This document shows positions 18,628 through 28,472 of a stretch of DNA of 64,000 nt, piece after piece. Both the position numbers and the translations under genes were made by a program. Numbering within the stretch: the stretch's first letter is position 1; every line of letters starts with the position of its first letter. The notes beneath the pieces are model-generated. The model searched no databases, was not told where the DNA came from, and saw only the letters and a program-made list of their open reading frames with translations. The DNA is from Alphaproteobacteria bacterium (lineage in GTDB: Bacteria > Pseudomonadota > Alphaproteobacteria > UBA828): assembly GCA_965220745.1 (NCBI GenBank), contig CBDCQT010000011.1, positions 352,001-416,000 of the forward strand. The letters are read 5' to 3'.

Positions 18628-19446
18628 ATGGCCGCGGTGAATCCAGGCGCGCGCTTCGTGATCGGCGGCCAGACCGCGATGCTGCTGGCGCTCTACCTGT
18701 TCCTCTACTTCCCCATCTTCTACATCGGCTATCTCTCGATCATGGAGAACAACGTGTGGCCCTTCCCGCCGGTCTTCACCGGGGAGTGGTACGACCGTCT
18801 CATGATCATGAGCGACTTTCACGTGGGCCTCTTGAACAGCGTGCTCATCGGTGTCGGCACGGCCTCGCTTTCCACGCTGTTCGCCACAGCCGCCGCGATC
18901 GGAATCCTGCGCTATCCGATCCGGCGCCGAGGGGTGATCGTCGTCCTGTTTCTCGCGCCGCTCTTCGTCGCCCAGATCCTGATCGGGATCTCGACCTTGA
19001 TGTTCAACCGCAACGTGCTCGGGATTCCCGGCAACATCGAATCAGCGATCGTGGCCAACACGGCCTACAGCGTGTCGTTCGCGTTTCTCGTGATCCTGGC
19101 GCAGCTGGTGCGCTACGACTGGCGCTTCGACGAAGTCGCGCAGGTGTTCGGCGCGCGGCCGTTTCGTACCTTTCGGGAAGTCACGTTCCCCAACATCTGG
19201 CCGGCCGTGCTCGGCGCCTTCATCATCAGCTTCATTCTCGGCTTCAACAACTTCGAGATCACCTTCTACAACGTGGCCGCCATCCCGACGCTCCCCACCA
19301 TCGCCTGGGGAACGCTGCGCCACGGAATCGAGCCGGAGCTTTACGCGCTGGCGACCATCGTCAATGCGCTGGTGTTCCTTCTCCTTTTCATCATCTATCT
19401 GCTGATCCGCGTCGGCGCGCTCCGTCTCGGCGTGCCCGACGACTGA
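18628..19446 (+). CDS. PotC-like ABC permease
   Basis: LFLYFPI, FTGEWY, DEVAQVFGARPFRTFREVTFP, PTLP. Confidence 0.88.
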   Translation: MAAVNPGARFVIGGQTAMLLALYLFLYFPIFYIGYLSIMENNVWPFPPVFTGEWYDRLMIMSDFHVGLLNSVLIGVGTASLSTLFATAAAIGILRYPIRRRGVIVVLFLAPLFVAQILIGISTLMFNRNVLGIPGNIESAIVANTAYSVSFAFLVILAQLVRYDWRFDEVAQVFGARPFRTFREVTFPNIWPAVLGAFIISFILGFNNFEITFYNVAAIPTLPTIAWGTLRHGIEPELYALATIVNALVFLLLFIIYLLIRVGALRLGVPDD

Positions 19447-19460
19447 GACTCGTGGCCGGC

Positions 19461-20579
19461 TTACGCCGGCAAGCGATAGTCGCGGATGACGTCCGGATCG
19501 GGCTCGGCGCCGAGGCCGGGGCCGGTGGGGATGCGGAAGTGGCCATTCTCGTCCGGTGAGACAAACCCCGGATAGAGCGTCGCCTCAAGCCGCGTATAGA
19601 AGCGCTCGGCCCAGCCCCCGCCGGGGCGCCCGGTGAGCGGCATCGCCCCGAAAAGCTGCAGGGTCGCGAGCCAGCCGGGACCGAAGTAGGGCGAGTGCGG
19701 CATCACCGTCACGCTGTAACCCTCAGCCAGCGCAAGCACCTTGAGGAACTCGGTCACGCCGCCCACTTTGGTCACGCTCGGCTGCACGTAGCGCACCGCG
19801 CCGGCATCCAGCATCCGGCGAAACTCGAACGCCGTGCAGGCATTCTCGCCGCAGGCCAGGTCGATGCCCGACTCCTGCTGCAGCCGCGCCAGCGCCCCAA
19901 AATCCTCTGGTGGGAAGATGGGCTCCTCCAGCCAGTAGAGGTCGTAGGGCTTGAGCCGTTCCGCCATCGCGCTCGCCTCGGCCGGCGTCCACGGGCAGTT
20001 CGTGTCCGTGCAGAGCGGTATGTCGGCACCCATCGCCTCGCGCGCCGCCCCGATCTCAGGCTCGCCCGTCTCGTGCAGCTTGATGGCGGGGTAGCCCTCG
20101 TCCAGCGCGTTGCGCACAGTCGCAGCGACCAGTTCCCGATCCCGGTACTTGAGCAGGCTCGCGTAGCCGGGGACGAGCGGCGGTGTGGCCGGCCCGCCGA
20201 GGAGCTGTGCCAGCGGCAGCCCCGCCCTCTTTCCCGCAAGGTCCCAGAGCGCGATGTCGATGGCGGAGATGCCGAACATGGTGACGCCGTAGCGGCCGAA
20301 GAGATGCAGCGCCTGCTGCAGATCGCGGTTGAGCGAGGCGATGCCCGTGGCGTCGCGCCCGATCAGGATTGGCGCCACCGTCGAGTCGACAATCGCCTTG
20401 AGTGCCGGCAGGCAGTTGTAGCTGAAGCATTCGCCCCAGCCTGAAGCACCGTCCTCGGTCTCGACCCGCACCAGGAGGATGCTGAGCCCTTGCCAGGCCT
20501 GCCCGCCCCAGGCCGGCGGTGGGCCGCCGTGATCGTGGGGGATGGCGAGGGGGATGGTTTCGATGCGGGTGATCTTCAT
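19461..20579 (-). CDS. Mandelate racemase/muconate lactonizing enzyme family
   Basis: SAIDIALWDLAGK, KLH, DTN, WLEEP, GEN, KVGGVT, PHS. Confidence 0.9.
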   Translation of the reverse strand: MKITRIETIPLAIPHDHGGPPPAWGGQAWQGLSILLVRVETEDGASGWGECFSYNCLPALKAIVDSTVAPILIGRDATGIASLNRDLQQALHLFGRYGVTMFGISAIDIALWDLAGKRAGLPLAQLLGGPATPPLVPGYASLLKYRDRELVAATVRNALDEGYPAIKLHETGEPEIGAAREAMGADIPLCTDTNCPWTPAEASAMAERLKPYDLYWLEEPIFPPEDFGALARLQQESGIDLACGENACTAFEFRRMLDAGAVRYVQPSVTKVGGVTEFLKVLALAEGYSVTVMPHSPYFGPGWLATLQLFGAMPLTGRPGGGWAERFYTRLEATLYPGFVSPDENGHFRIPTGPGLGAEPDPDVIRDYRLPA

Positions 20580-20612
20580 GGGTGTATCCCGAGTGCGCGC
20601 TGTCGCGGTTGG

Positions 20613-21338
20613 TCAGGGGAGATCGCCGATCAAGTCGCGGATGTGGCCGGGCGGCGGTGGCGGCAGCGCGATGCCGAAGCGGCGCTTCAACGCGTCGGCG
20701 ATGAGCTCGAAGCAGGCGCCGTAGCGCACGACCTCGAAGGTCTCCAGGTCGAGCAGGGTCGATGAGGCCCGATACAGGTGATAGAGGCGAAGCCCGTGGT
20801 CGATGACGATATCGGCGATTGCGATCAACTCGGGCTCGATATCCTCGACCCGGAACTTCGTGCCGGACAGCGAGAGGTTCGCCGACGAGCCGAACAGCGG
20901 GTGCTGCGCCTCGCGGCTGAGCCGCGTGATCGCTGCGTGGAACGGTCCTGCGTTGAGCAGCATCAGCACGGTGCCGGTGCTGGTGGAGGCGGCGAGCGCG
21001 TCGGGCTCCATCTTGCGCAGGATGGGATGGTCCATGCGTGCCGGTGCAATCGCGCCGAGGGGCAGGTCGAGATCCTCGATCAAGGTGCCGGCGACGTCCC
21101 AGCCCTTCTGATCGAGCACGTGAAGCTCACGGTGCAGGGCCATGTCGCCGAGCATCGCGTTCAGCTTCGACGGCGCGCGTTGCTTGGTCTCGAAGATCGT
21201 CTTCAGCGCCGCGGCCGACCCGCCGATGACGGAATAGCCGACACTCATGGGCAGAATGGCGATTCCGCCCCGTTCGAGTATGGCGAAGGCCCGCTCGGCG
21301 TCGCGCTGAACGTCCGATCTCCCCGCCACGGCCGGCAT
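20613..21338 (-). CDS. Sua5/YciO/YrdC-family protein (atypical paralog)
   Basis: GGIAILPMSVGY, IFETKQRAPSK, SSANLS, SSTLLDL. Confidence 0.75.
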   Translation of the reverse strand: MPAVAGRSDVQRDAERAFAILERGGIAILPMSVGYSVIGGSAAALKTIFETKQRAPSKLNAMLGDMALHRELHVLDQKGWDVAGTLIEDLDLPLGAIAPARMDHPILRKMEPDALAASTSTGTVLMLLNAGPFHAAITRLSREAQHPLFGSSANLSLSGTKFRVEDIEPELIAIADIVIDHGLRLYHLYRASSTLLDLETFEVVRYGACFELIADALKRRFGIALPPPPPGHIRDLIGDLP

Positions 21339-21359
21339 CGGCTCGCGCGGCGCGCGCGT

Positions 21360-21767
21360 TCAGATCCCGTGCGTGCCCATCTCGATCAGCTCGACCTTGT
21401 AGCCGTCCGGGTCCTCCACGAACGCGATCACCGTGGTCCCGCCTTTCACCGGCCCCGCCTCGCGCGTGATGTTGCCGCCCGCTTCCCGGATCCGCTCGCA
21501 GGTTTCGGCGACATTGTCCACGCCGAGCGCGATGTGCCCGTACGCGGAGCCGAGATCGTAGTCCGAGACGCCGTGGTTGTAGGTCAGCTCCAGCTCGGCC
21601 TCGCCGTTCTTGTTGCCGCCGTTGAAGGCGACGAATGCAAGCGAATACCCCTGATCGGGGCGCTCGGTGGTGCGCAGCAGGTCCATGCCGACGACCTTGG
21701 TGTAGAAGTCGATGGAGCGCTGCATGTCGCCCACGCGGAGCATGGTGTGAAGAAGCTGCATGGTCAT
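21360..21767 (-). CDS. gloA: Lactoylglutathione lyase
   Basis: [40 protein letters not shown]. Confidence 0.95.
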   Translation of the reverse strand: MTMQLLHTMLRVGDMQRSIDFYTKVVGMDLLRTTERPDQGYSLAFVAFNGGNKNGEAELELTYNHGVSDYDLGSAYGHIALGVDNVAETCERIREAGGNITREAGPVKGGTTVIAFVEDPDGYKVELIEMGTHGI

Positions 21768-21860
21768 TCTCCCTGGATGGCGGCGCGGCAGAGTATGCGA
21801 TCGGGCGTGCGGACCGCCAGCCCGTTTCGTCCCGATGTGCTTGCCCGCTGTCGCGTTCCC

Positions 21861-22679
21861 TCAGTTTGCGTGCAGGACGGCGTTCAAGAACTGTTGCGTG
21901 CGTTCCCGCTCGGGGTTCTCGAACAACTTGGTCGGCGTTCCCTGCTCTTCGATGGCCCCGTCGAAGAAGAAGCAGACGCGGTCCGAGATCTCCTTGGCGA
22001 AGCCCATCTGGTGGGTGACCATCAGCATGGTGAGGTTGTGAGTGTCCACCAGGTGTTTGATCACGTTGGTTACCTCGCTGATGACCTCGGGGTCCAGCGC
22101 CGATGTCACCTCGTCGAAGAGCATGACCTTGGGTCGCATAGCGAGCGCCCGGGCGATGGCGACCCGCTGCTGCTGTCCGCCGGAGAGGCGCGAGGGGTGC
22201 TGATCGCGCTTCTCGATCATCCCGACCATGTCGAGCAGCTCGAGCGAGCGCTCCTCCGCCTCCTTTCGAGACAAACCCAAGACCTGCACAGGCCCCTCCA
22301 TGCAGTTGCCGAGCGCCGTCATGTGCGGGAACAGGTTGAAGTGCTGGAAGCACATGCCGATCTTGCTGCGCATGCGGCGGAGGTGCGCCGAATTTGCCGA
22401 CACGAGCCGCCCGTTACGTTCCATGTGCGTCAGCGGCTCCCCCTCGACGTAGATGACTCCGTCGTCGATGGTCTCGAGAGTCATCAACATGCGCAGAACG
22501 GTCGTCTTGCCGGAGCCCGAGGGGCCGATGATCGTGACCATTTCGCCGGCGGAGACGTCGAGGTCGAGCTGGTTCAGGACGACGAGCGAGCCGTATCTCT
22601 TGGTCACGTTCTGAAACCTGACCATCGGGATACCGTCGCCTTCCAGGCTCAGCGGGTAGCTCTCCATGCTCACGCTCAT
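21861..22679 (-). CDS. ehuA: Ectoine/hydroxyectoine-type polar amino acid ABC ATPase
   Basis: GPSGSGKTTVLRMLMTLE, FQHFNLFPH, FDEVTSALDPE. The ATG overlaps the permease stop (ATGA), so the longer track ORF is a spurious extension. Confidence 0.8.
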   Translation of the reverse strand: MSVSMESYPLSLEGDGIPMVRFQNVTKRYGSLVVLNQLDLDVSAGEMVTIIGPSGSGKTTVLRMLMTLETIDDGVIYVEGEPLTHMERNGRLVSANSAHLRRMRSKIGMCFQHFNLFPHMTALGNCMEGPVQVLGLSRKEAEERSLELLDMVGMIEKRDQHPSRLSGGQQQRVAIARALAMRPKVMLFDEVTSALDPEVISEVTNVIKHLVDTHNLTMLMVTHQMGFAKEISDRVCFFFDGAIEEQGTPTKLFENPERERTQQFLNAVLHAN

Positions 22680-23344
22680 TTCGTCATTCCCAGCGTCCGC
22701 CGCACCCATCTCTCGAACACGTTGATCGCGAAGGCGGACGGCAACGAGACGACGAGGAAGATCGCACCGACCATGGTGTAAGGCTCCAGGTACCTGTAGC
22801 TCTCGGCACCCACGGCCGTGGCCGTGTGCATCAACTCGGCCACGCCGATCACCGACAGCATCGGCGTGTCCTTGAAGATGCCGACCAGGTAATTGCCCAT
22901 CCCGGCCACCGCCGGCGGCAGCGCCTGCGGGATGACGATGCGGCGATAGGTGGTGACGATCGGCAGGTTGATCGCCTTCGCGGCTTCCCACTGGCCTTTG
23001 GGCACGCTCTCGATGCCACCGCGGTAGACCTCGGATAGATAGGCGCCGTAGTGCACCCCGATGGCGATCAGGCCCGCTGTCCAGGGCGAGAGCGTCAGCC
23101 CGAACTGCGGGCCGACGTAGTAGACGAAGAAGATTTGCAGGAGCAGCGGCGTCGAGCGTATGAGCTCGACGAATTCCCGGACGACCAGGGTCACGGGGAG
23201 AAGCGGCGTGCGCTGGGCCAGAACGAAGACAAGGCCCAGAACGATCGCGATCGTATAGCCGCCGCCGGCGGCGATCAGGGTCTTCCCCGTCGCGTCGACG
23301 AAGCGCGGCGCGAGCTCCCACACCCAATCCCATCGCCACTCCAC
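22676..23344 (-). CDS. ehuD: Ectoine-type ABC permease
   Basis: WRWDW N-terminus, RSTPLLLQ, GNYLVGIFKDTP, YRYLEPYT. Confidence 0.78.
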   Translation of the reverse strand: MEWRWDWVWELAPRFVDATGKTLIAAGGGYTIAIVLGLVFVLAQRTPLLPVTLVVREFVELIRSTPLLLQIFFVYYVGPQFGLTLSPWTAGLIAIGVHYGAYLSEVYRGGIESVPKGQWEAAKAINLPIVTTYRRIVIPQALPPAVAGMGNYLVGIFKDTPMLSVIGVAELMHTATAVGAESYRYLEPYTMVGAIFLVVSLPSAFAINVFERWVRRTLGMTK

Positions 23345-23348
23345 GGCG

Positions 23349-24014
23349 CTAGACCTTTCCGACCCGCCGGTTCATCAGACGCTCCAGCCCCCGCATGCCG
23401 GGCGTCACGAAGAAGCGGGCAATCACGTAGTAGATGACGATGGCAGTGCCGAACGCTTCAGCCGAGAGGAAAGTGGTGATGTTGATCTGACGCACCTCGA
23501 ACATCAGGTCGGCAACCGCAATCAGCGCAACCAGAGCCGTGCCCTTGAGGATTTCGATGATGAGGTTACCCCAAGGCGGCAGCATGATGATGAAGGCCTG
23601 GGGAAGGATGATTCGCCTCATCCGGTTATGGGGCGCCATGTTCAAGGCCAGTGCGGCCTCCCATTGGCCCTTGGGCACGGCGAGGACGGCGCCCCGCACA
23701 AGCTCAGCACCATAGGCGCCCATATTCAGTCCCACCGCGAGGAAACCGGCCGTGAACTTGTCCAGGGTGATGCCGAAGAGCGGCAGAACGAAGAAAATCC
23801 AGAAAAGCTGCACGAGCAGAGACGTGCCGCGAAAGAACTCGATGTAGGCGACCGCGACGGCGCGCACCACGGGGCTCCGCGCGAGGCGCATCAGCCCGAA
23901 GGCGAGCGCGGCGACGACCGCGACGAATGTGGCCAGGAAGAACTGGTAGATCGTGACGATGGTGCCGTCGATCAGCCGGCCGCCGTACACGTCCAGGAAT
24001 TCAATGTATGTCAT
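23349..24014 (-). CDS. ehuC: Ectoine-type ABC permease
   Basis: FFRGTSLLVQLFWIFFVLP, GAYGAELVRGA, MLPPWGN. Confidence 0.78.
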   Translation of the reverse strand: MTYIEFLDVYGGRLIDGTIVTIYQFFLATFVAVVAALAFGLMRLARSPVVRAVAVAYIEFFRGTSLLVQLFWIFFVLPLFGITLDKFTAGFLAVGLNMGAYGAELVRGAVLAVPKGQWEAALALNMAPHNRMRRIILPQAFIIMLPPWGNLIIEILKGTALVALIAVADLMFEVRQINITTFLSAEAFGTAIVIYYVIARFFVTPGMRGLERLMNRRVGKV

Positions 24015-24054
24015 TGCGACGGGTCTTCGTTGCCCAGCGTCGCGCGGAACGGGA

Positions 24055-24090
24055 GGGGGACCGGCGCGCTTGGACGCGCGCCGGTTTCCC
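24055..24090 (-). terminator. Stem-loop between the binding-protein and permease genes
   Basis: GGGGGACCGGCGCGC-TTGGAC-GCGCGCCGGTTTCCC. Confidence 0.55.
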
Positions 24091-24101
24091 CGAGTCGGTG
24101 G

Positions 24102-24953
24102 CTAGGAGTCGGTTACCGGGCGATTGACGCAGATCCACTCTGTCGCGACATCGCCGGGAACATTCGACCGCGTGTAGTCATAGGGCGCGACGTTGGCCAG
24201 CATCTCGTCGGAGCCGATATAGCCTTCCATCGCCGCGTTGAATGCTTCGCGGAAGCCGTCGTCATCCTGATGGAAGCCAATGCCGACCCAGTTGAAGGTC
24301 CACTGGGGCAGGGCATTGGTGTCGGTCGCATCGATGTCGTCGGCTTCGCGAGCGATTTTGTCCGCCTCCGCCGATGTCATGGCGCCGGCGTCCGCTCGGC
24401 CAGCGCGAACCGCGGCAAGGGCTTCGGTGATACCAGGCACCTGCATGATCTTGTCCTCGGGGATGCCCTCGCTACGCGCCTCTTCGATATTGATGTAGCC
24501 GGTGACCCCGACCATCATGGCGCCGGCATTCTTGATGTCCTGGTAGGTTTGAATCCCCATGGGATTGCCGGCCGGCACGATGAAGGCGTTTCCGAACTGC
24601 CCGATCGGCTCGGAGAAGTCGATGTTCTCGCAGCGGGCCCTGAGGATGTACATGCCGCCGGTGATGATATCGACGCGCTCGGCGACGAGGCTGGGAATGA
24701 GCCCGCTCCAGTCCGTCACCACCGGCTCGACATTGGTGTGGCCCATCCTCGCCAGCACATCGGTGGTGATGACGTTGACGAAGCCGAGCGGCGAGCCGTC
24801 CTCGCCCGGGTGCGCCCATGGCGGGGCGTTGGCGAAGCCGAGCCGAATGGGTTCGCCTGCGGCGACCCTGTCTTCAAGTGGACCGGCTTGAACGGAGCCG
24901 GCGGCCAGAGCCAGCGCGACGGCGACGGCGCCTGCGGTAAGTTTCCATTTCAT
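24102..24953 (-). CDS. ehuB: EhuB-like polar amino acid substrate-binding protein
   Basis: Signal peptide, LGFANAPPW, WSGLIPSL, GMYILRARC, terminal Cys. Ligand specificity uncertain. Confidence 0.7.
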   Translation of the reverse strand: MKWKLTAGAVAVALALAAGSVQAGPLEDRVAAGEPIRLGFANAPPWAHPGEDGSPLGFVNVITTDVLARMGHTNVEPVVTDWSGLIPSLVAERVDIITGGMYILRARCENIDFSEPIGQFGNAFIVPAGNPMGIQTYQDIKNAGAMMVGVTGYINIEEARSEGIPEDKIMQVPGITEALAAVRAGRADAGAMTSAEADKIAREADDIDATDTNALPQWTFNWVGIGFHQDDDGFREAFNAAMEGYIGSDEMLANVAPYDYTRSNVPGDVATEWICVNRPVTDS

Positions 24954-25192
24954 TTGAAGTCTCTCCCTCTGTTTTCTTGCCGGCCCGAGTTATCCAAGTT
25001 TGGATGGCCGGACCTGGCGGCTTATGCCCGCTGCGCGTTTGGCGTCTTTTCGGGGGCAATGGGACGTCTTGCGTCTTTCCTCCGTCTTGATGGCGAATTC
25101 AGAACTTCAAGGGCCGCGTGCGCGGTGTGGCACTGTCAGAAGTTGCGTGTCCTTTAGGCACGGCGAATTCGGGCCTGATCGCGATCCCGCGC

Positions 25193-26308
25193 TCATCGCA
25201 GGCTCTTCAGCACGAGCTCCTGGAAGCTTCGCACCGAGTCCTCCCACACCGGGGAAAGCACGCCGCCGTCGTCGGCGACGACGGATGCGCGGCCTTGCTG
25301 GAGCCGCTCGCAGATCACCTGGTCCTCCACGTGCACGTCGCGCCAAAGCGTCGCGAGCTGCTCCGCCTCCTCGGCCGATGGCGGCTCTGACTTGAGGCTG
25401 TAGACGGCGCGGCGCTGGAGGGTGCGGTCCGGCGCCAACGGTACGTCCAGGTGCACGCCAACCTGGTCCGGGTGGTAAATCCCCAACGAGAAGTTGGGGA
25501 AGATCGTGAGGTAGCGGGAATCCGCCGAAAGCGTATCGTCCCGCTTCGCCTCGCTGGAGACATCCACGGCGCAGCCCAGGCAGCCCGGCTCGTTCAGGGT
25601 GTAGTGGTCGGTTAGCGGCTGCTCGGTGGTCGTCGCGTGCACGAAGGGCACGTGATAGGGCTCGATGAAGTTCTCCATCAGGAGCTTCCAGTTCGCGGCG
25701 ATCTCGCCCAGATCGACCGTGACCACGTGCTGCATCCGGCCGAGGTCAAGCCCGTCGATCTGGCTCTGGAGCGGGGCGACGACGTCATCGAGCGGCGGTG
25801 CTGCGCCGTTCAGGTTGACGAAGATCCAGTCGTGCCAGGTCGCCACCCGCACCGGCACCAGCCCGTGCTGCGCGCGGTCGAAGCCGGCCGGCACCGCGCG
25901 CGGGTCGTGCCCGCCGAAGTAGGGAGCGACGTGTAGCGCGCCGTCGAGCTTGTAGGTCCAAGAGTGATAGGGGCATTGGATGGTGGGTCCCACGTTGCCG
26001 GGCCCCTCGACGAGCTTGAGGCAGCGATGGCGGCAGACGTTGTGGAACGCCCGCACCTCCCCATCCGCGTCGCGCACCAGCAGCACCGGCTTGCCCGCCA
26101 CGGTGACCGGCACCACATCGCCCGGCTGCGCCAGCTCGTGCGCCAGGCCGGTGAACACCCACGATTCAGTGAAAATCCGCTCGTTCTCGAGCGCGAAGAC
26201 TGCCTCGCTCGTATAGGCCGCTGCCGGCAAGCCGCGCGCTACAGCCCCTGGAGCCTCGAACGCAGCAAGCGCCTCCTCTCCCAGGATCGATTGCAGCGAC
26301 AGGCTCAT
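25193..26308 (-). CDS. Rieske non-heme iron oxygenase alpha subunit (choline monooxygenase / betaine demethylase-like)
   Basis: Rieske CRHR...CPYHSW; mononuclear Fe ENFIEPYHVPFVH...ED. Confidence 0.9.
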   Translation of the reverse strand: MSLSLQSILGEEALAAFEAPGAVARGLPAAAYTSEAVFALENERIFTESWVFTGLAHELAQPGDVVPVTVAGKPVLLVRDADGEVRAFHNVCRHRCLKLVEGPGNVGPTIQCPYHSWTYKLDGALHVAPYFGGHDPRAVPAGFDRAQHGLVPVRVATWHDWIFVNLNGAAPPLDDVVAPLQSQIDGLDLGRMQHVVTVDLGEIAANWKLLMENFIEPYHVPFVHATTTEQPLTDHYTLNEPGCLGCAVDVSSEAKRDDTLSADSRYLTIFPNFSLGIYHPDQVGVHLDVPLAPDRTLQRRAVYSLKSEPPSAEEAEQLATLWRDVHVEDQVICERLQQGRASVVADDGGVLSPVWEDSVRSFQELVLKSLR

Positions 26309-26332
26309 GGCGATCTCCGTCAGAGCGCCGGG

Positions 26333-26857
26333 CTAGGGCACGTTGCGCTTGAGCAGGAACTGGTTCTTGAACATGCCGAGCCGAGTCATGACCTCGACGT
26401 GCGCGATGTCGGGCTGACCGTGAATATGATCGTTCAGGAAGTTCGCGAGCTCGGTTTCCTCGTCGCACACGACCTCGACCAGCAGGTCGAACCGGCCGCT
26501 GACCCACATGACGTAGACGACGGCTTCGTGAGGATCGAGCCGCTCGGCGACTGCGGTGGGAGCCACGCCCGGCGCGGTCTTGATGCCGAGCATCGCGTCG
26601 GACTCGTAGTCGACGGCCACCGGGTCGACCACCGCCACGATGCGGAGCATGCCGGCGTCCCGCATCCTGGTGACGCGGTTGCGGACCGTCCCACCCGACA
26701 CGCCGAGCTTCTGCCCGATCTCGTCGTAAGTGGCCCGCCCGTCGTCCTGGAGCAGGCGAATGATCTGTTGGTTGAGATCGTCGTGAGGAGACGAGAGCGG
26801 CGAGACATTGCCGCCGTCATTCGCTGCCTGAAACGCCTGCTGCGTAGGTCGGGACAT
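26333..26857 (-). CDS. Lrp/AsnC family regulator
   Basis: IIRLLQDDGRATYDEIGQKLGVSGGTVRNRV, SGRFDLLVEV. Confidence 0.92.
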   Translation of the reverse strand: MSRPTQQAFQAANDGGNVSPLSSPHDDLNQQIIRLLQDDGRATYDEIGQKLGVSGGTVRNRVTRMRDAGMLRIVAVVDPVAVDYESDAMLGIKTAPGVAPTAVAERLDPHEAVVYVMWVSGRFDLLVEVVCDEETELANFLNDHIHGQPDIAHVEVMTRLGMFKNQFLLKRNVP

Positions 26858-27041
26858 GCGCTCTGCTCCTGGCGCCGCTGGCTGGGGAGCGCGGCGGACG
26901 TTGCCATATCCTCAACGTAGCGTTTATAATGTGATGAATCCTCAGTAATGGTCAACAATAATTCATTAAATTTAAAGGATAGGGACCAGTGCGTCGGATT
27001 CGTCATCGCCATCGATCGCCACGCAGGGAGGTAAACACCCG

Positions 27042-28460
27042 ATGACTGCGATACCAGGAAGCCTGGCCGAGGCGCTGCCTGACGTCGAACGCGTCCGTGA
27101 GGAGCATGCGAGGCTCTTCGAGGCGGGGGTCCGCTACGTCTTCTCCTGCTGGATCGACATGCACGGCCTGCCCAAGACGAAGCCGGTGCCGATCAGCGAC
27201 TTCGAGAACCTGTGCATGGGCAAGGGGCCGCAGTTCGCCGTGCACTCGATCTCCTTCGTGCCCGAGCTCGGCGCGGCAGACTCCGACCAGATCCCGGTGC
27301 CGGACCTCGACTCCTTGGTCATCTGCCCGTGGGATCGCACCTGCGCCTGGATGTTCGCCGACCTCTGGTGGGAGGACGCGCCCTACAACCTCTGCCCTCG
27401 TCTGGCGCTCAAGCGCGTCATCGACGACACCGCAGCGAAGGGATTTATGGGTTTCGCAGGCATCGAGCCCGAGTTCATCGTGATGCGCTGGCGCGACGGC
27501 CAGCCGGTCAAGGCCTTCGACAACGACCCGCTCCCCGGCGAAGGCGTGCGGCCGAGACGCCAGGCGTTCGGCTACGACATCGAGTACACGATCGATTCCA
27601 TGGGCTTCCTCGGCGCGGTCATCGACATCCTCGAGGACCTCGGCTGGGGGCTGAAGGATGTGGTCTGCGAGGGCGCCTACTCGCAGTTCGAGCTCGATTT
27701 CGGCTACACGGACCTCGTGGGCATGGCCGACCGGCTGGTGTTCCTGCGCGTGCTGCTGAAGGAGGTCGCCAAGCAACAGGGGCTCTTCGCCACCTACATG
27801 CCCAAGCCGACCACCGGCGACTGGCGCTCGGGCGCGCACATCAACTACTCGATGCAGCGGGTCGACAATCCGGGGGTGAACATCTTCGGCGATCACGACT
27901 CAGGTTGGTCGGATGCCGCGTACCACGCGATCGGCGGGCTGCTGCGCCATGGCGGCGCGCTCACCGCCCTCACTGCCACGACCGTCAACTCCTACAACGG
28001 GCTGGTGGCCCGCGTCGGCGGCTTCGAGGGCGGCACCGTGACCTGGGCGCCGACCCATATGACCTACGGCAACAACAATCGCTCCGCCATGCTGCGCATG
28101 CCGCAGAACCGGTACTGCATCGAGAACCGTGCGTCCGACCTGTGCATGAACCCGTACCTCGCCCTCGGCATGACCACTGCGGCGGCCGTCAAGGGCGTGA
28201 TGGAAAAGATCGACCCCGGCCCGCCGCTCAACAAGGACCTCTACGACCTCACCCACGAAGAAATTGTTGCAAGCGGTGGGCAGCGCCTGCCGCGGCATCT
28301 GCTGGAAGCAACGGAGATCTTGCGCGACGACCCGCTGGCGGCCGAGGTGCTCGGCTCTCAGATGATGACCTCTTGGTTGCGTTACAAGGTCGATGAGTGG
28401 GAGCGCTACCATCAGACGGTGACGGACTGGGAAGTGCAGGAGTATCTCCGGCTCTACTGA
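27042..28460 (+). CDS. Glutamine synthetase-like gamma-glutamyl ligase (GlnT/GmaS-like)
   Basis: GIEPEF, QFELDF, ATYMPKP, SGAHINYS, YGNNNRSAMLR, IENR, NPYLA. Confidence 0.88.
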   Translation: MTAIPGSLAEALPDVERVREEHARLFEAGVRYVFSCWIDMHGLPKTKPVPISDFENLCMGKGPQFAVHSISFVPELGAADSDQIPVPDLDSLVICPWDRTCAWMFADLWWEDAPYNLCPRLALKRVIDDTAAKGFMGFAGIEPEFIVMRWRDGQPVKAFDNDPLPGEGVRPRRQAFGYDIEYTIDSMGFLGAVIDILEDLGWGLKDVVCEGAYSQFELDFGYTDLVGMADRLVFLRVLLKEVAKQQGLFATYMPKPTTGDWRSGAHINYSMQRVDNPGVNIFGDHDSGWSDAAYHAIGGLLRHGGALTALTATTVNSYNGLVARVGGFEGGTVTWAPTHMTYGNNNRSAMLRMPQNRYCIENRASDLCMNPYLALGMTTAAAVKGVMEKIDPGPPLNKDLYDLTHEEIVASGGQRLPRHLLEATEILRDDPLAAEVLGSQMMTSWLRYKVDEWERYHQTVTDWEVQEYLRLY

Positions 28461-28472
28461 GGGCCATTCGTC

